A DNA stretch of 64,000 nucleotides from Leucoraja erinacea (Eukaryota), in NCBI RefSeq assembly GCF_028641065.1, contig NC_073387.1, forward strand, positions 38,130,001 to 38,194,000. Direction: 5' to 3'. Below, one piece after another: positions 12,262 through 25,678 of this stretch. Below the pieces are notes generated by a model. That model did not search any database. It worked only from the letters and a program-made list of their open reading frames with translations, and had not been told where the DNA came from. Numbering within the stretch: the stretch's first letter is position 1; every line of letters starts with the position of its first letter. The position numbers and the translations under genes are program-made.

Positions 12262-12409
12262 ATGTCGAAGCCGGTGTCTGTGGTCTCAGCGCTCGACCTG
12301 TCGAAGCCACCCGTCATCGAGGGCTTTGCCATTCTGCCCAAGCACACTGAGGAAGGATTTCAGGACAAATTAATCAGGAAAACAACGGAGAATCCGTTCG
12401 TGCCAGTCG
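12262..12409 (+). CDS. HIGD2A: HIGD2A exon 1 (MSKPVSVVSALDLSKPPVIEGF...KLIRKTTENPFVPVG)
   Basis: SKPPVIEG and RKTxENPxVP motifs of HIGD2A. gtgag donor, phase 1. Confidence 0.95.
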
Positions 12410-12844
12410 GTGAGAGTTAACCGCTCCCCCCCCATAACTTCTTCCTCCTTTTGAGACACCAGGAACTGCAGATGCTGGAATCTTGTGCAAAATGCTAAGG
12501 ACTTGGATTGGAGGACAGTGAGATTCGTGTGGAGAAAACACATCTGTTTATGATTGAGGGGGTGGTGGTGCTGAGGATCTAGAAGAGCATTCAGGTGCTT
12601 AAGTCCCCAGCAAAGATTATAGAGCTCCTCTATAATCTTTGGTCCCCAGGGCCTGATGAGATCTATCCCAGGTTATTGAGAGGGGATATTGCGGTGGTCT
12701 TGACGAGGATCTTTGTTTCTCTATATCCACAGACGAGATCCCAAAGCACTGGAGAGTGGCCAATGGTGTTTTAGAAGGAAAGTCGAGAGAATTCAGGGAA
12801 CTATAGGCCAGTGAGCTTCGCATCGAGTGGTAGGGAAACTTAGT

Positions 12845-13310
12845 AGCAATGTTACAAAATGTTGAGATTTAAAAAATCAAGTCTGCAATTTATCCCAGAG
12901 ATAAAGCATAAAAAGAAGTTTAATTTGACACCCAATTCACTTTCATATCTTCAGTATTAAAACAATTATTGCCATTTTCATACTCGGAAATTAGCATCTT
13001 GTTCCCCATTGCTTTTCCATTGACTTAACACAAAAGCTGCGATCGAGGACAGTCAAAAGCCCATAACTTTCTTAAAAATTAAGAGAACTGAATGAAATTT
13101 TCAGTTATTAGAGATCGAAGCATTCTAAAACAAATATAAAACATCTTACTTGGATGACCTGAAATGAAAGCATATAATTAGTTAATTACCTCATTGTAGC
13201 TAATTACAAAATTGACCGTTGTGACGGAAATAGTAATAAACACCCAGACTGCCTTGAAAATTCAAAAATCTCAAGATCAGGACTTTAATATTAGTGTATT
13301 ATATGCTGTA
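12845..13310. mobile_element. Truncated relative of the TIR element at 3907-4925 (opposite orientation), in the HIGD2A intron
   Basis: Starts agcaatgttacaaaa. About 370 nt match the reverse complement of about 4570-4925. Preceded by a decayed CR1 piece (about 12580-12840). Confidence 0.75.
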
Positions 13311-13678
13311 AGACCCTCCTTCCTCTCAACCCGAAACGTCACCCATTCCTTCTCTCCAGAAATGCTGGATGTTTAACTTGACAACATGTTTGGTACAAAC
13401 ATAGTGAGCCAAAGAGCCCGTTCCTGTGCTGTACTTTTCTATGTTTACAAATACTTCATGGAAATTTCAGCACAGTATGTGTCAGTTCTTTATCCATGAC
13501 ACATATTGTTAAATGTTGTATTCATTGCTGCTGCGTCTTGGTACTAGGCTTAAACAGGAAGAACAACTTGATTTCTACAGATGATTGGAATACGGTTCAC
13601 TTATGCAATTCCTGTGAAAATAAAACCTAAAATGCTCTTTGACAATAGTTGAGTCAAATTATTTTTCTTCTTTTGTAG

Positions 13679-13848
13679 GAATGCTGGGTACAGCAGCTGC
13701 CCTTACGTATGGCTTGATCGCTTTTAAACAGGGCAAGACCCGGCAATCTCAGCTGTTAATGCGAACACGTATCTTTGCCCAAGGTTTCACTGTTGTTGCT
13801 ATCCTGGTGGGTGTGGTAGCTACTGCAATGAAGCGCAAGGAAAAGTGA
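13679..13848 (+). CDS. HIGD2A: HIGD2A exon 2 (MLGTAAALTYGLIAFKQGKTRQSQLLMRTRIFAQGFTV...KRKEK*)
   Basis: ttttgtag acceptor. HIG1-domain motif SQLxMRTRIxAQGFTV. TGA ends at 13848. Confidence 0.95.
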
Positions 13849-14485
13849 ACTTCCACTCTGAACAGAATCAACCAAAAATGGAACAATCTAATTGTTGGAA
13901 AATTGTATTCTGACATTTGAAATATGAATTCACCATAAAAACATTAAACTTATCACTATAAAGTTTTATCACTTTCTGCATTTCCAGAAAAAAATGACTA
14001 CAATGTAAGTGTGTTTTCTGCATTATTATTGCAAAGTTATATGGTAAAATAGGTTTAAAAAAATAATGTTCTCAGGCAAGCCACGTTTAAACATTCACAT
14101 TTATCAAGAGTCAAGAGTGTTTTATTGTCATATGTCCCATGAAATTCTGATGCAGTATCTTATACTCATGCTCTATACAATCCAGGCCATTCCTCAAGTA
14201 GGTAATAATATTGTTCCATGATTGTTGATGACTATATACTATTTGATTTGCTATATTTTCAACTTTGTTTTCTCAGCTGCAGTGTTCATGACTAAATACT
14301 GACATTTAAAAACCTGAATTGTATTAGGAAGTATGTGACCAAAACAAGTGCTAGATTAAAGCTTCTGAGCAGTCAAAATACCAGTACCGTCCAAAATATC
14401 ATAGCATATCTTAGCAAATAGTGTTCACTTCCTTTACCTGAAAAATAGACTTTACTGAATTTTCCATACATTTTAACTGTAATGT

Positions 14486-14491
14486 AATAAA
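14486..14491 (+). terminator. Candidate HIGD2A polyadenylation signal AATAAA
   Basis: AATAAA about 640 nt after the stop, followed by GT-rich sequence (ttgtcttgcacgttttgtg). Confidence 0.5.
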
Positions 14492-14940
14492 CCATCACTT
14501 AAAAATTATTGTCTTGCACGTTTTGTGACAGTAAATTGACTTTAACATACAAGGCTTTGAGGATTGGCTATGAATACAATTAGGGAGATCATTAGTTTAA
14601 TTTATTCAATTGTTATTGATCTAAAAAACAGCATTACCTGAATATAACATAAGGCAATAGCTTTTCATCCCAGAAAGGCTCTGCTGAGGATCAAATAAAG
14701 ATCAGACACAGCAATCAAGCCTTGGTTTGACGCTGCTTTGAAACATTGAATTGAACATTTAATTGAAATTGGAAACTATTGTCTTATTCCTAACTATCCT
14801 TGAAGGAGGGTAAGCTGTCTTTAATGGCTGCAGTCCATCAAGTAAAAGGTATTTGTATGCAATTGTTCAACTCTGATATAGAAATAGTAATTACCATATT
14901 TCCAAAGTCAGACAGCATTAACTGTAATGTAATACAGTTG

Positions 14941-15755
14941 TCTTGGCACTCTGGTGCCAGGACAACAGCCTCCTCTTGAATATCAAAAAAACGAAGGAGC
15001 TGATCATGGACTTTAGGAGGGCACATCATCCGTGGACGTACACTCCATTGAGGATAAATGGGGATCCTGTGGATAGGGTGACTATTTTAAATATCTGGGA
15101 GTCCACATCTCGGAGGATATGACATGGGCATCACACGCCTCAGCACTTGTGAGTAAGGCAAGGCAGCGCCTTTACCACCTCAGGCAATTGAGGAAATTCA
15201 GAGTGTCTCCGAGGATCCTCCAGTGCTTCTACGCAGCGGCGGTGGAAAGCATCTTATCCGGGAACATTACCATCTGGTTTGGGAATTGCTCTGCCAAGGA
15301 CAAGAAGGCTCTGCAGAGAGTAGTGCGTTCGGCCGAACGCACTATGGGAACTTCACTCACCCCCCTGCAGGAACTATACAACAGGAGGTGCAACTCCAGA
15401 GCAAACAAAATCATGGGAGACCCCTTCCACCCCTGCAACAGACTGTTCCAGCTGCTACGGTCAGGAAAACGCCTCCGTTGCCATGCGGTGAGAACAGAGA
15501 GGTTAAGAAGGAGTTTCTTCCCAGAGGCAATTCGGACTGTAAACGCCTATCTCACCAGGGACTAACTCTAGAGAACGTTTTTCCTTCCACTATTTATTAT
15601 GTAAAAGAATATGTGTGTTATGATTGTGTTTATAATTTGTTTGGTTGTTTTGTTGTTTGTCTTTTGCACAAAAGTCCGCGAGCATTGCCACTTTCATTTC
15701 ACTGCACATCTCGTATGTGTATGTGACAAATAAACTTGACTTGACTTGACTTGAC
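14941..15755 (+). mobile_element. 5'-truncated LINE (Rex1/Babar or L2-type), RT C-terminal region, (ACTTG)n tail
   Basis: LWCQDNSLLLNIKKTKELIMDFR, then ORF 15119-15565 (KARQRLYHLRQLRKF...LRSGKRLR...RLRRSFFPEAIR). aataaa plus tandem tail. Confidence 0.85.
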
Positions 15756-15916
15756 ATTAAGTGTCAAAATCCATGGGTGTGAGAACTGCTGTTGCAATAT
15801 TTTTGATAAATTGCTGCGATCCCAGTGAAGCAAGACAAGAGGCTGGAATCTTGAGCAAAAAACAAAGTGCAGAAGGAACTCAGCTGGGCAGGCAGCATCT
15901 ATAGAGGGAATACCCT

Positions 15917-16680
15917 TTGTGGTTGTTGGACTAAATATTCCCTGTTCCAAGTGTACCGCGGTACCATTCCCTAAGGGGGTAACTTTTAAATCTCTCCCTG
16001 TACGGGAGACCCGACCTTTTCTTGTCGGGTCTCCGTTGTCGTTGGGGCTGCAACGAGGAGCGGCCTCCAACAGGAGAAGACCGAGGAATCTCGTGCCGAC
16101 GACTCACCTCACCGTCGCGGAGCTGGCCGAGTCCAGAGTGGGTGGAGCGGTGGTGGAACGCTGCTGCGGCCCGACCTCCGGAGATTCAGAGGCTGCAACT
16201 GCGGGTCTGGTGGACGGCGGCACCGGGAGCCTGCGGGTCCCTGGAGGGAGACCGCTTTTCAGGGCTCTCGCAACGGCGACTTCTCCCGTCCGAGTTGCGG
16301 GGTCGAAGAGCTCCTGGAGCGGGGCCTGGCATCACCGCCCCGCGCGGCTTGGAATGGCCGTGGGACTCTGCGAGCGCACGCCGGGGGCTTTAACACTAAG
16401 ACCCGGTGCGTGCCCTCGCATCACCCGGCGTGGCTTTAATGGCCGCGGGACAATCGCCATCGCCAGCCGGGGGCTTTGACTTTGACTCTGACATGGAGGG
16501 GGGGGGAGAGTGCAGTGGAGAGATAAGTTTTTTTGGCCTTCCATCACAGTGATGTGATGGATGTTTATGTAAATTATGTTGTGTCTTGAGTCTATTTGTT
16601 TGTAATGTATGGCAGAAACGGCATTTCGTTTGGACCTCAAGGGGTCCAAATAACAATTAAATTGAATCTTGATCTTGATC
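15917..16680 (+). mobile_element. GC-rich non-autonomous non-LTR (SINE-like) element with (ATCTTG)n tail
   Basis: CpG-rich body, 3' stem-loop tttggacc-tcaagg-ggtccaaa, attaaa and tandem tail. No credible protein. Confidence 0.55.
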
Positions 16681-16699
16681 TGACACAGACTATCAATTA

Positions 16700-16990
16700 G
16701 GATGTTTGACTGCACTTCCTCCCACTTTGATCTTGCAAGGACGCAATTTATTGTGCTCAATTTCCTTTTGTTTCACAAAGACATGGCTCACCCCTGATAT
16801 ACCTGACTGTGCCATTCCAATCCAAGGCCTTCTCCCTTCACCAGATGGACCACATCGTGGCTTTGGCAAGATTAGAGATGGAGGGATTCACCTCCTAATC
16901 AATACCTCTTGGTGCTCAGATGTGGCAGTCCTGGCGAGCTCATGCTCCCTGAATCTGGAATATCTTGACTGAATCTGGAATATCTTGACT
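16700..16990 (+). mobile_element. Old LINE endonuclease-domain fragment, continued at about 19243-19335 beyond the CR1 insertions
   Basis: CFTKTWLTPDIPD...GGIHLLINTSWCSDV...NLEYL, then (19243) YL.WEFTSSTLIAVYISPHADVKLALNEL. Confidence 0.65.
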
Positions 16991-17004
16991 ATTTATTTGC
17001 TGAG

Positions 17005-18655
17005 GAAATTTGACTCTGTATTTACTGAGAAAAAGACAGTAGGACGGAGGAACTTGCGGCAGTCAATGGAAATGTCTTGAGAGCAGTCAGTGTTACCATC
17101 AAAGAAGTTCTGAAGGTACTATCATGTATGAAGGTAGACAAATCTCCAGGACCTGATCAGATATATCTGAGGACATAGTGGGAAACTAGAGGGAAAATTG
17201 CGGGAGCCCTGGTTGAAATTTACGAGTCATCCTTAAATACAGGAGAGGTGCTGGAAGACTGGAGGGTGGCAAATGTTGTGCCTCTATTCAAGAGGGGCTC
17301 CAGGGAAAATGCTGGGAACTATAGGCCGGTGAGCTAAACATCTGTAGTTAGTAAGCTACTAGAGATTATTCTGAGGGATAAGTTAAATAGGCATTTGGAT
17401 GGGCATGGGCCGATTAGGGATAGTCAGCATGACTTTGTATGTGGGAGGTCGCTTCTCACAAATCTTGAGTTTTTTGAAGACGTGACCAAAAAGGTCGATG
17501 AGTGCAGAGCTGTAGATGTTGTATACATGGATTTAACAAGGGTCTACATGGTAGGCTGTTCTGGAAGGTTAGATCGCATGGGATCCAAGGATAACTGAAT
17601 GGATAGCAAATTGGCTTCATGGAAGGAAGCAGAAGGTGATGGTGGAAGGTTGCTTCTCAGACTGGAGGCATGTGACTAGCGGTGTGCCTCAGGGTTCAGT
17701 GCTTGGCCCGTTACTGTTTGTCATCTACATCAATGATTTGGATGAGAACATACGGGGCAAGATTATTAGAAAGTTTACTGGTGATACAAAAGTGGGTGAA
17801 TTTTCAGATAGTGAAGATGGTTGTGAAAGATTGCAACAGGATTGGCCTGGTGGGCTGTGGAATGGTTGATGGAATACAATAGAGAAATGTAAGGTGTTGC
17901 ATTTTGGGATGTCTAATAAGGGCAGGACCTACCTGCACAGTACATGGTAGGCCTCTGGGGAGTGTTGTCGAGCAGAGGGATCGAGGAGTGCAGGTGTACA
18001 ATTCCTTGAAGGTCGAGTCGTAGGTAGATAAGGCGGTCAAAAAGGCTTTTGGCACATTGGCCTTCATCAGTCAGAATATTGAGTATAGAAGTTGGGAGGT
18101 CATGTTGCAGTTGTATAAGATGTTAGTGAGACTGCATTGTGTTCAGTTCTGGGCACCATGTTGTAGGAAAGATATTGTCAAGCTTGAAAGGGTTCAGAGG
18201 AGATTTACGAGGATGTTGCCTGGACTAGACGTCTGAGCTATAGGGAGAGGTTGAGTAGGCTGGGTCTCTATTCCTTGGAGCACAGGAGGATGAGGTGATC
18301 TTATTGAGGTGTATAAAATCATGAGGAATAGATTGGGTAGATGTGCAGAATCTCTTGCCCAGAGTAGGGGAATCTAGGACCAGAGGACATAGGTTCAAGG
18401 TGAAGGGAAAAGAGTTAATAGGAATCTGAGGAATAACTTTTTCACACAAAGGGCGGAGGGTGTATGGAACAAGCTGCCAGAGGAGGTAGTTGATGCTGAA
18501 ACTATCCCAACGTTCAAGAGGTACATGGATAGGACACATTTGGAGGGATATGGACCAAGTGCAGGCAGGTGGGACTAGTGTAGCTGGGACATGTTGACCA
18601 GTGTGGGCAAATTGGGCTGATGGGCCTGTTTCCACACTGTATCACTATGACTATT
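17005..18655 (+). mobile_element. Degenerate CR1 LINE (RT region to 3' tail)
   Basis: KSPGPD, DWRVANVVPLFK, GNYRPVS, VTSGVPQGSVLGPLLFVIYINDLD, with multiple stops and frameshifts. Confidence 0.9.
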
Positions 18656-18664
18656 GTCCTAACT

Positions 18665-19240
18665 TTATTTTGAGAGGACTGGAATACAAAAACAGGAATG
18701 TAATGCTAAGGCTTTAAAGGGCACTGGTCAGACTGCATTTGGAGCATTGTGAACAATTTTGGGGCCATATCCGAGGAAGATTTACGAGAATGAAGCCAGG
18801 AATGAGTGGCTTAACATAATGAGCGTTTAATGGTGCTGGGCCTATAATCGCTGGAGTTTAGGATGAGGGAGTACCTCATTGAAACTTACCAAATAGTGAA
18901 AGGCCTGGTTGGAAAGGATGTGGAGAGGATGTTCCACTAATGGGAGAGTCAAGGAACAGAGCCTCAGAATAAAAGGATGGTCCTTTGAGAAGGAGATGAG
19001 AGTAATTTATAGTGTCAGAGGGTGGTGAATCTGTGGAATTCATTGCCACAGAAGGCTGTCGGGGCCAAGTCAAGGGATATTTTTAAGGCGGATGGATTCT
19101 TGATTGGTTCGGGTGTCGGGTTATGGGGAGTAGGCAGGTGAATGGGGTTGGGAGGGGGAGAGAGAGGGAGATCAGCCATGATTGAATGGTGGAGTAGACC
19201 TGATGGGCCAAATGATCTAATTCTGCACTTATGACCATGA
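18665..19240 (+). mobile_element. Degenerate CR1 3' fragment (second subfamily)
   Basis: gtggtgaatctgtggaattc...gatcagccatgattgaatgg 3' UTR motifs shared with other CR1 copies. Confidence 0.75.
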
Positions 19241-20424
19241 ACTTATACCTGCTGTGGGAATTCACCTCATCCACGCTGATAGCAGTCTACATCTCTCCCC
19301 ATGCTGATGTCAAGCTTGCTCTGAATGAACTCTCCTCTGCTACCAGAAACCATGGATGAACTTATTCTTTGCAGTTCGCTGACAAATGTCATACTGGAAT
19401 CTCCACATTTGTTAAATTTAAGGAAAGAAAAACTCTTATTCTTATGAAAAAATCCTTATGCTAAACCTAATGCATGCAAAATCATGGATTATTAGGCTGT
19501 TTTGTTACTGAACTATATGCATTGGGCATTCTCATGAAGCTTATGCATTACTGTTCTGACATAACTTTTATTTGGCAAGGCAAAGAGGAACAATTTTGAA
19601 TTGACAAATTAACCACATTCACAACAAGCCACATCGAAAATAGATACATCTCAAAAATAGATCTAAAAAATTCTAAATTGTCACAGGGAAAATTAAAATT
19701 AGATCACCTCCTGCCCAGGGCATATCCTGATGTGAAACTAACAGGCATGCAGAATTTCAGATTTCTAGGTTGTTATTAAGCTATGCATGGGAAACAAGCA
19801 TTCTATTTTATGATACAGAATGTCCCTGTCTTTCAAATGTTGGACTTGTAGTCCTGTAATATTATTTGTGCTCTGCTGCCATCACAATATCATGGGGCCA
19901 TGGTTACCATCTAGCAATTGTGCACTCTCCAACTAAAGGACAAAAATCAAATTGTGGACATCTGTAAAAGTGGAACTGTTTGTAACAAGGTATGCCTGTA
20001 AAGCTTTAAATGTTTGAAGATTTGGAATTGGTACCATCATTGTTTTTGCTAAGTTGCAACATCTTACATGTATATATTAACCTTATGAATTGAAAAATTA
20101 AGTCCACCAGTGCCTCTTCTTAGCAAAACAAGGTTCTTTGGAAAAACATTAAATTTCTTTCCTGCCCCTCTTTGGAATTCTTTCTCCTTGTGCCCCATGC
20201 CAACTTTAACTAAAGATGTTCTGCGTGGACTCGGGGGCCTGTTTCCTTGTTGTATCAATCAGTCAACTTTAGCTTTGTGCATACTCATAGGTCAAGCTTA
20301 AAAAAACCAAAAAAAACCCCACTGATGACACATTTGACAAAACCCCTCCAAGTGTTAATTGGGAATGTCATTGAATTTTGATTTCTAAGAGGAACATTAC
20401 GTAATTTTCACAATATGATAGAGA

Positions 20425-21197
20425 TGTCTTGTTTTAGTTAAATTTTAGTTTATTAGGTTGTGTGTGTGTGTGTGTGTGTGGGGGGGGGGAGGTGAAACAT
20501 GTTTTTTTTGTCTCTTCGGGGGAATGCGACTCTTCTTGTCGTATCCCCCTTCTCTGCCTCCGTCTGCGCTGAGGCCTAATGGCGGAGCTGGTGGCCTCCA
20601 ACTGCGACCAAACTCGAGGCTCCGGAGGCAGAGCCAGCCAGGGCTTACCAACGCGAGGCTGGCTGAATTCGGAGCTGAGGCGGCGTTCCGGTGGCGGTGG
20701 CCCGGCTTCAGGGCTTAGGCGGCATTCCGGCGTTGGCTACCTGAATTCGGGGCTCGGCCGCGGGCCCAGTGGACGACATCGTTGGGAGCTCGCAGGTCAC
20801 AGGTTGTTGACCTGTTTCTCCGGAGCTCCCGCAACTACGTCCGCTGGACTGGAGGGCGGCATCTTCGGCAGCTTCTACCACCCCGGGCCATGAAGCTTGA
20901 ACCGGCCCGTTCGCGGAGCTCGGTTGAGCCACGTGACTTACTCACCATCATCTGGCGGGGTCACAACAACGGAAGCCTGGATCGCCTCAGCGCAGAGGGA
21001 GAACAAGGAAGAGACAGAGACTTTAAGACTTTTGCCTCCATCACAGTGAGGAGGTGCCTGGTGAACTCAGTGGTGGATGTCAATTTTTGTTTATTGTACG
21101 TTTTGTTATTTATTATTATATGTATGGCTGCAGGCAACAAAATTTTGTTCAGGCCGAAAGGTCTGATTGACAATAAAGGAATCCAATCCAATCCAAT
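20425..21197 (+). mobile_element. GC-rich non-autonomous non-LTR element with (ATCCA)n tail and an internal (TG)n
   Basis: CpG-rich body, 3' stem caggcc-gaaa-ggtctg, aataaa, then atccaatccaatccaat. Architecture parallels 15917-16680. Confidence 0.55.
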
Positions 21198-23478
21198 TTA
21201 TTAGTCAGGAAGACACATGCCCATCATGGCTGAGGATACATCTTGCCAACCTTCACCAAGACCAATCAAGCACAATTTACAGCAACCTTAACAATATTTC
21301 CCCAATTTATAGTTTAAAAATCAGGATTCAAAATTTGTTGCCATTTTCAATGAAATATGTGTCTGAAAGGGCACGGCTGATGAATCTTGTAAAACAGCTC
21401 CATGTCATGAGAATTACTTGGTTTGTCAGTATTTACGAAATGAATTAGGTCACAGCATACCACTTGAAATGCTAATACAAATTGAGACATTTTTTTCATT
21501 GGCAAACCAAAAGAAATTGAAGAAGACTTCTAATATTAAATATCGTAGAGTATTCAAATCTGAAATGCAATTATACTAAAACAAACAAATATGAAGTTGC
21601 TTCCCTCTCCTTCAAAAACACATCTATAATGGTAGGTGAAAATGAAAATTTTTGTTCAATTAGAAAATCTTAAATGTCAGCACCAATTTGCACAATAACT
21701 ACACAGCTTTACTTTAAAATTGATACCTGATTTTCTGTGATAACAGAACACTAGAATTGTGTTAACTGCCTCGTCGGGTTTCAAACATGTAAGGTGAAAC
21801 GGCTAGATAAAACTATAATACACCTGTATGCTAGATTAACATGTTGCTACACCCGATTCCTTTAAATGTAGAGACATATTTTGAACCAGCTATACCCATT
21901 GGGTACTGATACTTTCAAATAATTTTCCTCTGCACTAAATTCATTCAGAAAAGCAACAGCGTTTGTTGACAGATATAGCATTCATTCATTGCGTGTTTGG
22001 CTGTGCAATAACCAGAAAAATTCTCACTCTTCACAATGCATCTCTTTCCCAGTAGCAGGTAGTGATTACTAAAGGGACTTTGCTGATCCTATTATCTTTT
22101 TAATCAATGAAAGCCACCAGCTTGTCACTTGCCCTGGTTTGTGTACATTGTGGGAAAATTTGCAAGGAGCATTCTAAATGTTACTTCAGATTGCTTGACA
22201 ATCCAAATCATAGAAATCTCCACCATAAAGCAACTTTGTACTGAAAAAAATGGATTTACACAAAACTGATTTTTACTATATTATTTGACGGTGCAGCACT
22301 TGATTAGAACCTTTGAAGAATGAGCAGATCTGCACAAGGCCGACATTTTAATAGCATAAGAATATTGAAACACCAGGTAGGCCTTTATTTCAAGCCTGTA
22401 CCCTTATTTGTGCTCAAGTACATATCTTCACCTTTGCTTCACGTATTTTTTGGTTACAGAAAATCAGTGACAACCTAGCATAGACTGCTGGTTAGCAAAT
22501 TCAAAAATCCCACCACACTTTATATTTTCCAAAACTTAATTCTTGAAAGGTTTTCAGATTCAGATTCAGATTCAATTTTAATTGTCATTGTCAGTGTACA
22601 GTACAGAGACAACGAAATGCATTTAGCATCTCCCTGGAAGAGCGACAAATTTTTGCTGTTAATAAATGCTTTAACACTATAAGTAGCAAAATAAATCCCA
22701 ATCAATAACAAACTTTAATAGCAAAGCAAATTTCTGGAAAAATAGTTCACGTGATTTCAATTTCCCTTCCTCTAAGTTTTCAGAAAATATATTCTACAAG
22801 TTCACTTTCAATGTATGGTCTTGAGAGCACAGTAATGGAATGACCTCAAGAGATCACTTAATTGCATTTCAACAATGAGAATGAAAATGGAATGATTTAA
22901 AAATCAGTCTGGAACTGATAAACCTCAAGTTATGATCAGGACTAATTGTAAATTTAAGGATATTGCTTCAAATACAAACATTTGGCACACCACTCTTCCC
23001 AGCAGTCAAATCTATTTTGAGCATAAACAGTTTGAGACAGACTGATTATCTGGAAACTTATGCATTAGCACAAGGAAAAACAAGCAAATAAGCAAAAATG
23101 TTTTAATATTTAACCTTTAATGCATAACAGTGTAGTCAACATGATTTTTTTTTAAACCAGGGCCAATAGATTCCACTCATAATTCATGCATAAATAATCA
23201 TGTGATGCAGCACAAGGACAGTGTAGGGATATCAATAATTGAGAAAGTTAAACATTAATGAGAATCGGGAGTGTATGAGGGCAACAATTTTACCTGCCTG
23301 CCCAGTAACCCAAGGCAACAAACCACACGAACAGTTGGAAAATAATTAAACTCAGATTTTGTAATTTACATTGGTTTGGTCCAACAGGAATGACTAACAC
23401 CCATCCTTCTATTCTAATGGCCATCAATGTTTAGGATGCGATTAGAGCAACAAGAAAGCCCACACTAATGTGGTGTGT

Positions 23479-23650
23479 CTAGCGGACTAAAGGCGACTGC
23501 TTAAGTGATATCAGTACAGAGCGCATACGCGATACATCCTTAGACTGCTTGCTGGTTTTGGGATTGAAATCACAAAGGCGTGCTACTCGCTCCCATTCTG
23601 TTCCAGGTGTATCTTCTTCACAATCCTGGACAAAGGCCTCTTCCGCAGCT
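23479..23650 (-). CDS. CLTB: CLTB last coding exon (AAEEAFVQDCEEDTPGTEWERVARLCDFNPKTSKQSKDVSRMRSVLISLKQSPLVR*)
   Basis: atttcag acceptor. Clathrin light chain C-terminal motif. TAG at 23481-23479. Confidence 0.95.
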
Positions 23651-25678
23651 CTGAAATGATAACCAAAAATGAGAAACCAGCATCACATTTGCTACTGTAC
23701 ATTCAGTAAAATTAAGTGACTTACTAAAATGTTAATGCAAATTTTAGCTACTGCTGCCACTTATTCAACAAATATATTAAATGAGGGCACAATTACATCG
23801 ACAGGTATAATAATAATAATAGATCACAGTACCCCAAGCAGCTATTCAACAGCAATTTTAGACAAGCTAACCAATAACTTGGAGCTCATGGCCAAGCTTA
23901 CAATTTGTCCCTTTCCAACACAATGCTTCACTAGATGTTCAAGCAAGGGTTAGAATTATTCCATCCGTCTGTAAGGGTTCTGATGTCATTTGCAACAACC
24001 CTATTAACAATCTAGAATGATCAGATATTTCAGTCAGCACTAAGGAGTAAATTTAGAATCTTGGTTGCATGTCATAGAAAACAACTGCATAACTTTCAAC
24101 CATAATCACCAAATAAACTCAAACTATAACTCTTAACAAATCAAACCAGCAGAATACAAGGTTTTAGTTTTCCAAACTCGTGTCACAAGTGCTTTGCTGT
24201 TCCAATACAAAAGTTAAGCATGATCATACAAACTAATCAGTTTGGTTCGAGAATTTTTCTACTCCTAAACATCTGCAAATAAAATTTATTATGAGGGCTC
24301 GCATCTGCCTGTTCATTCGAAATCAAAGTCATTGAGCTGCATTTCATCTGTTGACATGCAAATTCATAAAGTGAATGAAAGAATGGGTTGTCAATAGAAA
24401 AGTTACCATGCAACTTGATGGACCACATCTTTACACCTAACAATGAATGAGGAAAATGTTGAATGTGAGTGAACATGAAATTTCACAAATTACAGCCAAA
24501 GCAATAAAAATTGTTGGATCATGTACCGTTTTGCCAAATCACACAGCCCGAGCTTGAACTCTCGATTCAAAGTTTAGTCTAACAGTTAAGTTCAATCGGC
24601 CACTTCAGTGGAAATTTTGTCATCTTTTGCCAAAGGGAGGAAAGACTTTCCAAGGCAGGCATTCTGCTTCCCTGGATGGAATACTCATTCAAGTCACAAT
24701 ACCTATCAATTTAGAAAATTGTTAGGTTTTCAAAAGATAGAAAAGTTAGAAACAATATGTAGCAGAGTTCATAGCTCTGGCTTCGAGGCAATGATCAGAT
24801 TAACAAATTCTGGAAGCAGTTAGTCTTGTTACTCCACAGAAAATCCAGGCTAAATTTTCTTTGCATTCTAAAGATCCATGATAAGGATCAACTTGGACAG
24901 ATGTGTCTGAAAGTAGATTTAAGATTAGATACAGAATAGCAGCTTGAAAAGCAGAACCAAACTGAGATGAAGTTTAATAAGACATCTTTTCACACAAACA
25001 GATCAAGTAAATCTAACTTGCACTCGCAATAACAATGAGGAAATGAGATGAAATGCAGACTTGTCAAAAAAAAAGATGGGGGAAAAAAAATCACATCTTC
25101 ACTACAAATATTTTAAATTCAAAGTCTGAGTCTAGCTGTTGAAATCAAACTGAGCCTTGATGTTTGACGATGTAGCTAGCATTGGTTGTTTTTGACCATC
25201 ACATTGGGACAATTCTGAGAAACATCAATTTCAGGTTTATGTATTCTTTTCTCTTATTTTGATCTTTGCTTTATGTTGCTTCCATTGTCATTCTGGTCCA
25301 GAGAAAGCTAAAAAATCAATCTATTCTACCTGTATGATGAGATTAAAACCAAGAACACTGTCACTATTCACTTGGGCTTCAAAAATTGTTTTAAATCACG
25401 CATAAACCATAAAGAACATTTAAAATTTTGATAGGCAACTATACTATAAAAAAACACAAGCCTAGACTGCACGAGTAGGGATTCATATTCCTATTCCACT
25501 TCTCACCTACAACCCACTCATTTAAACATTTGCATTACTTCATTCACTATCGTTATTTGTACATCTTACAGTATCTAGCCCTAAATATAGAATGCTATAA
25601 TCATTCAAACTTTCAAACACTCAAAAAATCCCCAATGTTTCTACTTAAAATGAGCCACAAATCTGGATTTAGTTTCCA

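Noticed and set aside
15919-16760. Overlapping 120-190 aa ORFs on both strands
   Set aside because: GC-rich repeat with few stops and no recognisable protein family.
22300-23478. CLTB polyadenylation site
   Set aside because: Several AATAAA / ATTAAA-like candidates on the minus strand; none can be chosen from sequence alone.
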